Shown: in pieces, positions 12,491 through 25,610 of the stretch
How the letters are laid out: the number at the start of each line of letters is the position of its first letter
Numbering within the stretch: position 1 is the stretch's first letter
Source: Emiliania huxleyi CCMP1516
Lineage: Eukaryota
NCBI RefSeq assembly: GCF_000372725.1
Contig: NW_005201792.1
Span: 103,452-167,451, forward strand
Length of the DNA: 64,000 bases
Direction of reading: 5' to 3'
Translations under genes and position numbers: made by a program
Notes under the pieces: model-generated
What the model saw: only the letters and a program-made list of their open reading frames with translations
What the model was told of the DNA's origin: nothing
The model's database searches: none

Positions 12491-14197
12491 TCAATCACAC
12501 CGTTCACTCAGCGCAAAAGCGACACGCCACTGGTCCCTGCGAACGCCGGCGTACATGCGCTGCGCGCAAGGGGCGGGCGCGCCGCCCGATCTCGTGGCTG
12601 CGCGCGCAAACGGCGCGCAGAAGACGAACTCGCGGAGCTCGCGCTCCTTCGGCCGGCTGCCAGCGGCGGCGAGCAGCGCCGGGCCGAGCGCCTACAAGAC
12701 CAAGAGCTCGTGAGGAAAGAAGGCTGTTCAGCGCGATCGCCCTGGTCTCGTAGTGCGTCAGTGCGTTGCTAAAGTTGCTGCAGTGTGCGTGCGCCTCTCC
12801 GTCTCCCCAGCGCCCTCCTGACCGCCCGGCGTCCAACTCTGCTGCAAGTCTAGCATCTCTCACTGCGCACGTCGTTCGGCCCACAGCGCCAATCGTACGG
12901 GTGTAAGTGGTATCACTGACTGACTGACTCATCTAGACCTCCCATCGCCTGCCGCACGTCCGGCTCGAGCAGCACTTCGGTCGGATCACCACCCGCTGCC
13001 TCCTCCTCCTCGCCGCCGCCGCCGCCGCCGCCGCCGGACGGCAGCGGCGGCGCGACGGACGGCTGGCCGGACGCCTAACAGAGCAAGCTGCGAGTCCAGA
13101 CGGGAAGGAAGCTGTGAGGGCGATGTGTCGGCCGGCTGCCGCGAGCAGCTGCCGCACCTGCGTCACGAGTACACGCAGAGGCGGGGTGTGAGTACGCGCG
13201 CCGTGTTTCCGAGCATCGCGCGAAGGGAATGGCTGAATGCGGCTGAATACAGCTGAACACGTGTGCCCTCGAGCTCTAGTCAGGACACACAGATCCTGCC
13301 CCGCATCTAGGCTGACGCACCAGCGAAGTCTGGCCCGGCATCCGGGCGGAGAGCGCCCCCGCCGCTGCGAGCGACGCCTCGAAATCCGCCAGGCGGGCGA
13401 CGAACGCGTCGGCAGCCGCCGCAGAGGGGGGATCGCTCGCGGCGCCGCGGCCGCCGCAAGCGGCGCGGAGGCCTTCCCAGAGCTGCGCGGCGCGCTCCTA
13501 AAAGCAGAGAGCTGTCGCTGAGAGGCCGCTGTGATCGGAGGTCCCAGAGCCGCGCGGCGCTCCTCCGCGCGCGGCTCAAGTTTGGCGGCGGCGCAGCGGG
13601 CCATCGCGTCGAGGAGGTGGGCGATCGCGCCTCAAACAGGAGAGCTGTGAATGAGGGCACACGGCGCGCTGGTTGGCCAACACGTTGGGCGCGCCTTCAG
13701 AGAAAATCTGCGAGTGCACAAGAGAGACAGCGGGGGGTGGTGCTTGGGGTGTCGGAGCGCACCCATGCAGAGCTGCGAGAGAAGCTCGGGCAGCGGGGAC
13801 GCGTCGAGCGCCTCGAGGGCGGTTGCGGCGGCGGTGAGGCGAGAGAGGCAGCGGTGAGGGTTTGCACGCACCGGTGTGTGCGTATGTGTGTGTGTGTGCG
13901 AATGCGTGTGTGCGTATGTGCGTGTGCGCACGTGCGCGTGCGCGTGTGTGCGTGTGCGTGTGCGTGTGTGGTGAGACATATGCGCCTCGAGAGCGATGTG
14001 CGCCTCGCGCGCGGCGTCAAAGAGCGGCCGCTGCTCCGCGGCGCAAAGCGCGCTCGTGCCCTCCCACAGCACCGCCCACAAGTTGCCTATCGGCGGGCCT
14101 CGAAGTTCCTAAGGGGGCTCCTAAGGGCGCCACAGCACCGCCCACGAGTTGCCTGGCGCGCGCATCCGCTCGCTCAACACGCCCCGCACATGGCAAA

Positions 14198-14237
<40 letters not shown>

Positions 14238-17200
14238 CTCCGCCGTCGCCGCTCCCTCGTCCGCGACCCAGTCGTGCGGCGACTGCCAGCGCACAAAGTC
14301 GGCGAAGGTGGACGGCGGGTTGGCGGCCTTGAAGGCCTGCATGCCGGAATTGATGACTGACATCTCGGGCAATCTCCGACAATCACTTACATCTCGGTCA
14401 ATCTCGGGCAATCTAATCTCGGCTGATCTCGCCTGCATGTCGGACTTGATGCGCCCGGCCTCGGCGGCCGCGAAGCTGGCAACCTGAGGACGAACGCCGC
14501 GAATCCGTCAGGGCGGTGACCGAGATGCTTCGGCGGTCGCCGAGCCGCCGCCTGCCCCTCGCCCCCCCGCCCCTCCTCGGGGTGCCGCGCCGGCTCAGGT
14601 GCGGCGAGCTGCGGGAAGGCCAGCTGCGTGATCGGCTCCCACAGCGGCTGACCAGACACCTCGCCGACAAGCCCAGGGAGCGGACGGAGGCAGCCCCGCC
14701 CCGCCCCGCCGCCGACACGCTTGGCCGCAGCCGCGAGGCAGCGCTCGTCCGGCTCCTACGACAAGAGAGCCCTCGACTAGAGGGAGCTGTGAGCGCAGAT
14801 CTGCCCAAGCAGCGCTGCTCCGGTGCCTCGCACTCGGCGAACTCCGCCTCCTCTCCCGCCGCCTCCGCCTCCTCTCCCGCCGCCTCCGCCTCCTCTCCCG
14901 CTGCCTCCGCCTCCTCTGCCCCCTCCCCCGCCGCCGCCGGCGGCGGCGGCGGCGACACCGAACGGGGCACACGGCGCGAGGCCGCCTGCGAGGGCACGCC
15001 AGGGACGTGTCGTGGACAAGTCTAGGGGAATTCGCTGCACACGGCGCGCGCATGCGCCTCGCGCCGCACGCACGCATTGAGGAGGTACAAGCGCTGCTGC
15101 AGGCTGCAGCCGCCCGCGGCGTCGCAAGGCAGATGGGGCAACTCGTGCAGCCGCTCCCACGCGACACGTGCCTGGCCGAGGTGCAGCCGAGGTGCAGCCG
15201 AGGTGCAGCCGAGGTGCAGCCGAGGTGCAGCCGAGGTGCGGCCGAGGTGTGGCCGAGAGTGGCCGAGAGTGGCCGAGGTGCAGCCGAAGTGCAGCCGAGG
15301 TGCGGCCGAGGTGTGGCCGAGAGTAGCCGAGAGTAGCCGAGAGTAGCCGAGAGTAGCCGAGAGTAGCCGAGAGTGGCCGAGAGTGGCCGAGATGAGCCGC
15401 TCCGTCGCCTCCTCGCGCAGAGACAGCCACAGCTGCAGCAGCACCGCCGCAGGGCTGTGTCTCCCGCCTACCCCGCCGCCGGACGCGGCCGAAGTGGCGC
15501 CGCTCGCCGAGAGGGCGACGGCGGCGATGCGGCAGAGGAGCGAGTCGCGCGCGAACGGCGCGTGTGGCAGCGGGCGCGGCTCGGCGGGGGTGTGCGGGGC
15601 GGGGGGAGAGTGCTCCGGCGGCGGGTAGGGCGGCTGGGGAGAGAGGAGGCGGCGTGTGGCGGCGGCGGCGGCGGCTTGCTGCAGCCCGCCCGGGAGCGCG
15701 GCGAGAAGGTCCACCACTCCACGCGCGCCTAAGATTCATCAACTATTCCGCCTCCACTCTTCATTCTTCTTTGTAGAAGGCCAACCACGCAGCACGCGCC
15801 TGCAGGGGCGTACCGTGGACGCGTCGCGGACATGTCGCGGACATGTCGCGTGGTCGCCGCGCCGCGCGCCGCTCTCCGCCGCCGCCGCCGCTTCGACCCA
15901 CCCCGCCAGCAGCGCCTGTCGGACGTGTCCTGGACATGTCGCAGGACGTGCCCCCGGACGTGTGCCCCTCCCACCCGGCAGCGCCTTCGCGGCAGCGGCG
16001 GCGCCCTCGCCCCCCGACGCGAGGCATGCGGCGGCGGCGTCGCGCTCGTGCGCGCTGAGCGGCATGCGGCGCAACCTCCAGCCTGCAGGCACCAGGGTTC
16101 AGGTACGGTGTGGGTGCGGTATCGAGCCTGCGGTCTCAGAGCACCGCGGGATTGCAGCGGCGCGTGATTGCAGAGTGCGCAGCAGGCAGCGACGTGAAGC
16201 CGAGTGCGCGTCTGCTCGAGAGCAAATCGGAGAGCAGATGGGGTCTGTGTTCCGCATCCAGACCCTCGAGATAGGGGGGAGATATCCGCATCTAGGGCCG
16301 CCCGCTGTGAGCGGTCTCGGACGACAGCTCGGGCAACGGCGGCGCCTGTTCACAGTTGGACGTGTGATGAGACGCCGCCTTCACGGCCTGTCTTCACAGC
16401 TCGACCGACGGCTCGGGCAGGGTCGGCGCCTCGCCCTCTTGCTCCCCGCCCTCTTGCTCCCCGGCTCTCAGCCACTCCTCCGGCGGCAGCTGCAGCGACC
16501 ACTCGCACGAGAGGGCGAGAGAGTCGAGCGGCGAACCTACCCTCGCCGAACCTCGCCCACTCTCGGCGGATGGCAGAGCGGCCTCGCCCACTCTCGCGGG
16601 TCGAGCGGCGCACCCGCGCCCGACAGCCAGTGCCGCAGCCCGCCGCCGCGCCACCCGCCTCCTACAGACTTGCTTCTCGGGCCGCAATCAACTCGCGCGG
16701 TACGGACCGGGGGGCCGCCCGCCGCCGCGCCGCCCGCCGCCGCGCTTCGGCGCCCGGTCGCTGCCCCACGCGGCGAGCGGCAGCGCCGCGCCGCCAGAGA
16801 GGGGCACCGTCGAGAGCGAGGCGACGGCGGCGGAGTCCCAGGCGTCCGCCGCGCCTGCGAGCAGGCAGCTGCGCATCATCGAGGAGGAGAAGCGGCGGAG
16901 GGGCAACTCTCCCCTCTCGTCTGCCGCGCGCGCCGCCGCGAGGCCACTCGTCGAGGACGAGCGTGCGGCGGGCGGAGACGCGCCTGTGGGGACATGTCTC
17001 GGACATGTCTCGCGCAGGTTGTGGAACTGTCCTTGGACAGGACGAGCAGGCGGCGGGCGGAGGCGCGCAGAGGTTCGCAGCCGGCGAGGAGCAGCCTGCC
17101 GCTCGCGTCGCGCGGGCCTGTCCTCGCTCCGCCCAGTACCTTGGAGGCAAACAGCCGCAGCAGCGCGCGGAAGCAGTCGTCGCCTCGGAGGCTCGCGCCG

Positions 17201-17873
17201 ACCTCGTCAAAGCACTTGACGTCGAAACGACAGCGAGCAACGCCTCCGCCGACGCCGTTGATGCTCATGGCGCGACCGCACAAGCCGGCGTCTCCCGCCT
17301 CGTGCGCCACAAAGGTGGCGGCGGCGCAGCGGGAGGCTGCGGCGGCGGCGCACAGCGCGCCTGCAAGAGAGTCTGTGGATAGAAGGAGCAGCAGAAGGCT
17401 GTGGGACCGTAGCGGCGCACGGGCGCACCCTGCAGCGACGCCATCTCGGACGCGTCGAGCACCTGTCGCGGAGGCTGCGGCGCGAGCAGCACGAGGGAGG
17501 AGAGGCCGAACCACCGCTGCAGCCGGTCGACGAGGGACGGCGCAAAGGTGTCGCGCCGCAGTGAGTCGTCGCCGCAGCTCAGCAGCTGCCGGCAGAGCGG
17601 TGTCAGCTGCTCGCCATCGGACGCGAGTTCGTTGCGCGCGACGGCGGAGCCTGGCTGACCGCGGCACGTCAGCACGCACGGAATGTCCAACTCCCGCGCG
17701 CTCGGCGCTGCAAGTGGTGCGGATAGCTGGAGTGGAGCCAGTGACTCTGGCCGGGCGCCGTCCTCGTCGGCCTGCCACTCGCGGAGGCGGGCCTCGATGG
17801 CAGCGACGAGATGCTCCCACGGCGAGGCGACCGAAAAGTCCTGGATGTCAAAGGGCTCCTCTTCGGGCGTCAT
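12491..17873 (-). CDS. RAB3GAP1: Rab3 GTPase-activating protein catalytic subunit homolog; multi-exon
   Basis: N-terminus FDIQDFSVASPWEHLVAAIEARLREW; core SDMQAFKAANP..FADFVRWQSPHDW, LSERMRAPGN.W, QRPLFD; C-terminus REFVF..QRMY..WRVAFA. All resemble RAB3GAP1 family motifs. Confidence 0.88.
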
Positions 17874-17934
17874 TGAGCCGTGCCGAAGGCCGTGTGCGCG
17901 GCGAGCGCGCGTCAAAAAGGAATAACGCCGCGGC

Positions 17935-18140
17935 CAGCGGAGCTGGGAAGAGGACCGCCGCAAGCGGCGTGGCGTGGAGCGGTTGTGCATCCCTCCGGGG
18001 GCCCTCTGCGCCGGGGAGGCGTTGTTGGAGGCTAGGACGCAAGCGTCCGTCGCCCTTTTCAAACTCGGGGCCCACTCCGCTACGCTCCGACCCGAATTTG
18101 GAGGGCCTAAAAGTTTAAGGTGTTGCTGCGCAAAAGGGGT
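17935..18140. repeat. About 205-bp structured dispersed repeat, copy 1 (upstream of RAB3GAP1)
   Basis: Near-identical to 63361-63577; contains the hairpins cgccgcaagcggcg and ggacgcaagcgtcc. Confidence 0.9.
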
Positions 18141-18902
18141 CGGACACCGGGCGCAGCTCATGCTAAGAGCTAGAAGAGGAGATAGAGAGAACAACCACCC
18201 TGTCCCGTTATTGCGTACACCAACAAACACCACAAAACGCTCTCTCTCTCCTGTCCTCACTCAGGGGGGTCACAACTACCAAGGACCAGAGAGGCACGAC
18301 GTCTAGGACATCGCGACAGACAAGACGCGCCGACTAAGGGACGTCCACGTGACAAGATTGTGGCACCGAGGGTGTGAGACTGGAGTATCGACATTCATGG
18401 GGCACGGCGCAGGATGCGCCGTGCTAGTACACCGTGTGTAGCGTGTGTGAAGGGTAGCACAGGCGTCCGAATTCAGACGTCCCCCCCAGGACCGATGCTG
18501 AAGGCGTCGGGGATGTACCGTAGATCGCGACGCCTGTGCGGGCAAGGCCGAAGGCGGCACGAGGAGGGAGTAGTTGACATTCGAGAGTCGCCCTTGACGG
18601 AGGCGAGGCACGGCGCGGAGCCGAAGATGGCGCGGGCGCTGGGGCGCAGGCCGGAGACGGCGCGGGCGCGAGGGGCCGAGGTCGCCCTTGACGGAGGCGC
18701 GGCGCGGCGCGGAGCCGGAGGTAAAGCTATGAAAGCTGAAGTGTGAAGCACTGGCTGTGCGATGTGAGTTGTCACTGACTCTCGATGACGGAAGCGAGAC
18801 TCGACGGTGATGGAGCATGGAGGCGGCGACGGCGCTGGTGGTGGAGGCGCTGGCGGAGAGCTCGGCTACCCTCGCCGTCGCCGTCCCGCCTCGCCGTCGC
18901 CG

Positions 18903-18990
18903 TCCCACCTCACCATCACCATCCCACCTCACCATCACCATCCCACCTCACCCACCATCACCATCCCACCTCACCATCACCATCCCACCT
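18903..18990 (+). repeat. About 19-bp tandem repeat (tcccacctcaccatcacca)
   Basis: Four to five consecutive copies are visible. Confidence 0.85.
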
Positions 18991-19469
18991 CTTCATCACC
19001 ACCCAAAAGAAAAAATTCACCTTTTGAGCAAGTGCATTCTTGCGTGCAAGTTGATTTGCCACCAATTGTGGAATGGTCGCTTCTGCGCCGCACCGCGATC
19101 GAGTGGCTGCCTGTTCGAATCGGTGCTGTCAGTGCCCGGCCGCCCTCATAGCTCAGTTGGCAGAGCGCGAGACCTTTAATCTCGTGGCCTTGGGTTCGAT
19201 CCCCAATGAGGGTGCCTTTTCCCCCGGCTCCGCCATCCTTTTGCACAGAGCCCCGTCCTGTTTTCGTATCCTACCCGTATCTGTTTTCTTCGGCCAGCAT
19301 GCACTGAACTGGGGGCACGCGGCACGGACGGGGCACACACGCCAGGCGAGTAAGAAACCCATCTTCCTGTCTTTTGTTAAAGAAGAAAAAAGCGGCGCTC
19401 CTTTCGGAAAGACGGCCGGCCGCTCGCTCTACACTGAACAGGCCGCCTCTTGCGGGACCACTTTCAGGC

Positions 19470-21001
19470 ATGGAGGTGGTCGACCTCAAGCTGGTGCTAC
19501 TTGGCCAGCCCGGCGTCGGCAAGACCTGCCTGGTGCGCGCCGATTATGCACGCAGCCGACGCGGCGCAGTGTCGTCACACCCCGCCGTCGCTGGCTCGCC
19601 TCGCACCCCGCCGTCACGCTGCGAGCGCGAGCGGAGAGAGGAGCTCCCGTTCGCCTCACCTCTCCCATACGCCTTCACCGGGCCGCCGCAGGTGTACCGG
19701 TATCTCTACAACACATTTGGCGAGACCATCTCGGTGCGCGCGCCCGCGCAAAATGCGCCCCGCTCCGACTGGCAGCCCCACCGACCGTGCCGCCGCCACG
19801 CTCCTCAGACCATCGGCGCGTCCTTTGCGATGAAGAAGATTGAGGCGCGCGCGGTTAGCCGTAGACGTGGCTCTCGCCCTCGAGCAACTCGTGTGCAGCT
19901 GCTCTGCCCGTGGGCCCGGCCGGTCCACGCTCGCCGCGCCACCGCCTCCCGCCCTCCGCCTCCCCTCGCCACAGTCCAACGGCCGCCCGTGCAACCTCGG
20001 CATCTGGGACACCGCGGGCCAGGAGCGGTTTGACTCGCTGTCGAGCTTCTACTGCCGCGGCGCGCGCGCAGCCATCATCTGCTTCGACCTCACGGACCGA
20101 GCCTCGTTCGAGTGCCTGCAGAGCAAGTGGGTGAAGAAGGTGCCTCGCCTTTTCGTGGGCCGCCTAGGGCGTCCCACACCGCAGCCCACCCCACGCCTCC
20201 CCACACCGCCGCACCGGCACTGCCCGACCTCTTCGGCCGCTGCCCGACGACACACGCCCCGCCGCGGCCTCGCCTCAACACGAGACACGAGAGGAGGGGT
20301 GTGTGTGTGTGTGTGTGACTCAGGTGCTCGACGAGGCGGAGCCCGGCTGCCACATCTGCATCGTCGGCACCAAGCTCGACCTCGTGCAGGAGCCGCATCT
20401 CTCGGCCCCATCTCTCGGCCGCAGCTCGGCCTGATCTCGGCCGGATCTCGGCCAGACAGACCTCGGCCAGATCTCGGCCAGACCTCGGCTGCAGCTCGAC
20501 CCAGCTCCGGAGGGCTTGCACCTGCACTCGCTTCGAGACCTCGAGACGCGTCGCTCGTCTTTTCAGCTCTTCCCCCGTGGCCGGCAGGCGGGCCGCTACG
20601 GGCGCGCGGTGTCGGAGGAGGAGGTGAGGGCCGTGGCGGCAAAGCACCACGCCGACGTCTTCGAGGCGCCCACCCCTGCAACCCCCCGCCAGCCGCCACC
20701 CCCGCCCGCACACACGCTCCTCGGTGCCCTGGCGTCGCTTTGCCGCGACACGGGCGCCGAGTCGCACACGGCGCAACTCACAGAGCGGCGACTGCTCACG
20801 CCCCTCCCCTCGCACACGAGTCTGCACGCGACAGCTGCCACCCCGCGTGTGCAGGTGTCGTCAAAGGCGGGGACAGGTATCGGCGAGATCTTTGAGGCGG
20901 TGGTGCAGCACTTCCACTCGCGCGGCGCGAGCGGCGGCGCCGGCCACGGTGGACTGTCGGTGAGCGGCGTGCAGGCGCGCGAGGGCGGCGGCTGCTGCTG
21001 A
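19470..21001 (+). CDS. Rab-family small GTPase (Rab24/Rab5-group-like); 6 introns
   Basis: GQPGVGKT, TIGASF, IWDTAGQERFDSL, VGTKLDL and EVSSKAG motifs, plus a C-terminal GGCC prenylation motif. Confidence 0.93.
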
Positions 21002-21869
21002 GGTGCGTCGACGTCTTGTGTTGCGCGCAGGCAGGGGGGGCTTGGGTTTGGGGGGGGGGGGGGGGAGCGCGCTACCTGCATACAGATAGGCGACGTGGGG
21101 TTGCAATCATTCGTGGGTTGTTCAGTCCAGACGCGTGCAGGGAGACCGCTGACCCGTGACCGGCCGCGTCGCGCGACCGGAGAGGGGACGCCCGTGTTTT
21201 GTCCGGCGGGCAGAAGCGGCGGGTCCACTATAGACGCTACGTGTACAATGTAAGAGGACCCAGCGGGGCGGGGCGCAGAACAAGCAAAAATCCAAGCAAA
21301 TTGTGTGAGAGCCTTATGGTTATGTGCTCGAACGATTTCGATTGCGACTCCGACTTTTCTCTTTTGCTTGTACTGTGTACATAAACGAAATTATTGAATT
21401 ACCTTACAATTTGGTCAATGCACAATGCCCCGGACCGCAGGTGAGCAGGACATTTCTCATTTGGCCAACGCGCAAATGTGGCACAGAATGTGGCGGCGCT
21501 TGCGGCTTGGCCCTTGGGCCGCTTGGCCGGCGGTGTCGGCGCTGTCGAGCTGCGTCGTGAGTGTCGGCCCCGGTCCCCACATGTATGTACTCCTCTTAGA
21601 AATGTGCCCCCCCCCCCCCCCCCGGCCCGCGCTCCTCTCCGTACACCGTTGACCTCTCACACATCTCGGGCGCGAGACGACAGCGAGCAGTGCGGAGCGT
21701 CGTCGGTCGCGCCACCACTGGAGTAACAAAACATGGTGTGTGGTATGACGTGCGCCGCCACTACAGCGCATGGGCATGTGGAGAGAGCTGGGTCCGTTGG
21801 CGCTAAGCCCTCAGCACGCCGGCGAGCGCACGAACCTATTCAAGAGATCCCCGTGATGCGACCGCGCAG

Positions 21870-24800
21870 TCATCTCGAGTGAGTGCGCCGCCGATCCAAT
21901 CGCGCCAACTGCGGCCCGCCCCCCTCCGCTAAATCGGCGGCGGTCGCGGCGCGCGCCGCCTCATCGCATCGCACGCGCAGCAGCGCCTCCTCAAGGCCTT
22001 TGAAGGGGCAGGGACGACAACACTGAGACGAGGCGGGGCTCGCGAGCTCTCTCTCTCTTGAGCCCTCCCTCTCTCGAGCCCTCTCTTCTAGCACCCTCTT
22101 CTCCCGAGCCCTCTCTCTCGAGCCCTCCCTCCTCGAGCCTGGCTCGTGCGCGCCGCCCGCTCCGGCGCCGGCGGCGTGCGCGAGGTAATAGACGGCGGCG
22201 GGCGGCTTCGCGAGGCGTCCGACTCGTCGCAGCTGCAGCGGCGCGCCATCGAACGTGTCGTAAAAGATGGCGGCGCTCGCCCCGGCGCAGAGCGGGTGCA
22301 GCGGCGGCGAGTCCGACCCAACGGCGAGCAGCGCGACGGCGAGGCGGCTGCCCGGCAAGGTCGCACGCGGCGGACGCGAGCCGGGCGGGTCGAGCAAGGT
22401 GTGCCGCCGGCTGAGGACCTGGGGACGGGGCGAGCGGCGCGTGGCGTCAGCCCCGACTCTCCATCGTTGCGCGGCCCCTCGGGCGGCCGCCGGCACCGCG
22501 CGCTCGACGATTGGGATCGCGGGCGGGGGGACAAAGAGGAGGACGACGGAGGTCGAGGCGGCGGCCCCGGCCACCGCAACCCCGCGCGCCGCCCGCTCGA
22601 GGCGGGCGAGGAGCGCGAGGAGCGCGCGCAGCTTGGCGGACGTCCCGACCAGCGCAGCCGCACTCGTCGTCGGGAAGAGACGCGGCGGCGGCGGCAGCGA
22701 GTGCGGCGGCAGCGGCGGCACGGAGGTGCGTGGAAAGGCGCGGCGCGCTGGGTGGATGCGAGGCAGCGCGACGATGAGCGCCGCCGCCTAGTGGTGCAGC
22801 GCCACGGAACGAGTCGCGCAAGTGTCTGGCCGCACGCCGCAACGGCTCGAGGGCGGGGGCTACCTTGCCAACCGCGCCGCCCTGCCACGCGGCATCGGGC
22901 ACTGCGGCAGCGGGCGGCGAGGCCACGGCACGAGGCAGCACGAGCGAGAGGGGCGCGCGGAGGGCGAGGAAGAGGGCGGCCTGCAGGGGCGGTGCATCGG
23001 AGCCGGATGAGAAGCGAGCAGCTGGGTGGGGAAGCGCGAGTCGAAAGAGGGCCTCACCGCTGCCTTCAGCGCCCCCTCGCCACCGGCTGCCGGCGCGGGC
23101 AGCAGCGCCGCCCACGGCGTGTACGCCGTGCCAGGCCAGAGGGGCGCCTCGAGGGAGGCGCTCACCTACACGCCGCCCGCGCGCACTCTCCTCCTCGTGA
23201 GCCGCGTGCAGACGAGAGGCCCGCCGAGCCGAGGGCGGGGGCGGGGCGGAAGGCGAGAGGGCAGAGAGGCGAGCGGGGCGTCACCTCTGCCCGCAACCTC
23301 TCCAGTACCGTTGGCACGCGCAATGCACCCGCCGCCTGCGCCACGGCTCGCGCCACCCCGCCCCCGGCCGCTCCGCCACCGGCCGCCCGCCTGGCTGCGG
23401 CGCGTCGCTCCTCGGCGGCGGCGGCGGCGAGCCACACTGGCGTGGCTGCGAGTACGTGCAGCAGCGGCCGGAGCGGAGTCACGCTGAGCGGACCCGCGAC
23501 GCGCGTGCCTCCGCCGACTGCAGGCAGGCCGAGGGCAACAGGCGGCAGCGGAGGCCTGCTCGCGGGAGACGGCCGAGTCGCGAGTGCAGGGCGAGGAGAG
23601 GAGGGGGTCGGGCAGAGGCGCCTCATCAGCCAGCGGTGGCAAGCGCCCAGCCGGTAGGATAGGAGGGGCCGCAGCTCCGCCGCCGCAATGCTGGAGGCGG
23701 GAAGCGAGGAAGCCGCCGCCGCCGCTTCCGCGAGGTCGCCTCCCGGCGATGCGCCGCCGCGAGGGACACGGAGGAGGGTAGCCTGGGGGAAAGTGGCAAA
23801 GACGAACGCGCGTCTGGCGGCGTCTCGGCGGGCGTCTCGGCTGCATCTCTGCGCTCATCTCACCTCTTCGCTGCAGAGCGCAACCAGCCGCTCGAGAGCA
23901 CGCTGAGCTGCGGACGGCTCTGCTCGCGCGGCCGCCTGCCTGCGCCAAGCCGCGTGCGCAGCCTCGCGCCGCTGCGCAGCCAGCTCCGCCTCCCGCGCCG
24001 GCGCGCTGGCCTGCACGCGCAAGAGCCGCTCATGTTGCTACGGCGTAGTGTGTAGTGCGGTAGTACAGTGGCGCTGGCCTGCATGTCGCGCACCAACCGC
24101 TTGCAACGCAGCTGCACCTGCGACGGCGCGCCGACACGCTGCGCAGCGAGCGCCTTGCGCCGCACCTCCTTCTGGGCGGCGAGCGCGGCGCGCTTGGCCA
24201 CGGCGAGCACCTGCGCACGACAGAGGCGAGCCCGCCTCAGGCGATCGAGCGAGACCCCCCCCCCCCCCCCCCCCCACTGCTCCCTGCCCGTGTGTGTGGG
24301 CCTCGCCTCGCGCTGCTGCGCGGCGATGGCTCGCTGCTGCTTTGTGACGTCGCGCCGCACAACAATCGACCAGCATCGCCTCCACCGCTCGTCCTCCTAC
24401 AGGACGGCGGAGAGGCGGCTCGGGCAAGGCTTCGCCCCTAGCACGTCGCCTCCACACCTTGCCCGCCTCGCGCAGCGCCTCCATCGCCGCGTCCTCGGGC
24501 CCGTCCTCGCCGCCCGCCGCGATGGAACCGCCCGCCGACCCCTCCAACCGGGCGCGCTTGAGCGAAGGCGCCGCCGCGATACCGCGCCGAGGAGGCTCCT
24601 TCGGCCCCTGGTACGGCCTGCCCACCGGCGCGCGCGCCTGCCCGTTCCCATTCGGCTTTGCGGCTGCGGCAGGCGCCTGCGGTCGCAGAACAAGCGCGTG
24701 CGTGGGGCCCCGTGCCGTCTTTCCCCACTGAGCCGACAAGCGGCGCGCGCCCCAGAAGCGGCGCGCGCCCAAGCAGCGTACGACGCGAACCCCGGCCGAG

Positions 24801-25521
24801 GCACTGCCGGAGCCGCCGCCGGCCCGAACGGCTCCTCGAGCCCGTTGTCGCTCGACAGCGCGGGGATCTTGTAGTACATCCCGTGGATATTCCACCACTC
24901 GCCACCGCCGCCTGCGGAGGAACAAAGAGCTCGCGGGACCACGCAACGAAGGGGGGGGGGGGGGGCACGCGCCACCGTCGGCGCCGCCGCCCGCAAGCGA
25001 CGCCAGCGCCTGCGCACCCGCCTCGACACGTCGCGCGCCGGCGAGGGACTTTTGCGACGGAGGCCTTGCGGGGGCGCCGGCGCCGGCGCCGGCGCCAAAC
25101 GCTGCCCCCGGAGCGAGAGGCAGCGGCACCTCCCCAGCGCCTTGAGCAGCCTGCGGCACGGCGTGCGGAGTCCGCGGGCTCGACTGGACGAAGTGGAGCT
25201 GCGCAGCGCTCACCCCTCTCGGCTGCAGCGCCGGAGGCGACGGCTGCGCCGGCTGCATCGCCTGGGGCGGCCATGGCTGCCACTGCTGCTGCTGCTGCCG
25301 AAGCAGCTGCGCTGCACCTTCGAAGCTGAGCTGCAGCTGGTGCGACGGAAGTTGCTGCTGCTGCTGCTGCTGCTGCTGCGACCCTCCGGGTGGTGCAGAG
25401 GAGCACGAGGAGCACGAGTGCTGCGCCTGCGATATCATCGCCTGGATCTGCTGCTGCTGATGCATCTGCTGCTGCTGCTGCTGCGCCTGTGCCTGCGCCT
25501 GCGCCTGCGCCTGCGCCTGCG

Positions 25522-25610
<89 letters not shown>

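Noticed and set aside
15656..18118. 820-aa plus-strand ORF and many similar long R/A/P/G-rich ORFs (e.g. 38348-40765, 22146-23657, 52579-54171)
   Set aside because: Shadow frames produced by very high GC. They have no motifs and overlap recognisable genes in another frame or strand.
17935..18140. Structured repeat as a spliceosomal snRNA or SRP RNA (aatttggag resembles an Sm site)
   Set aside because: I could not match it to U1/U2/U4/U5 or SRP consensus sequences by eye; left as an unassigned repeat.
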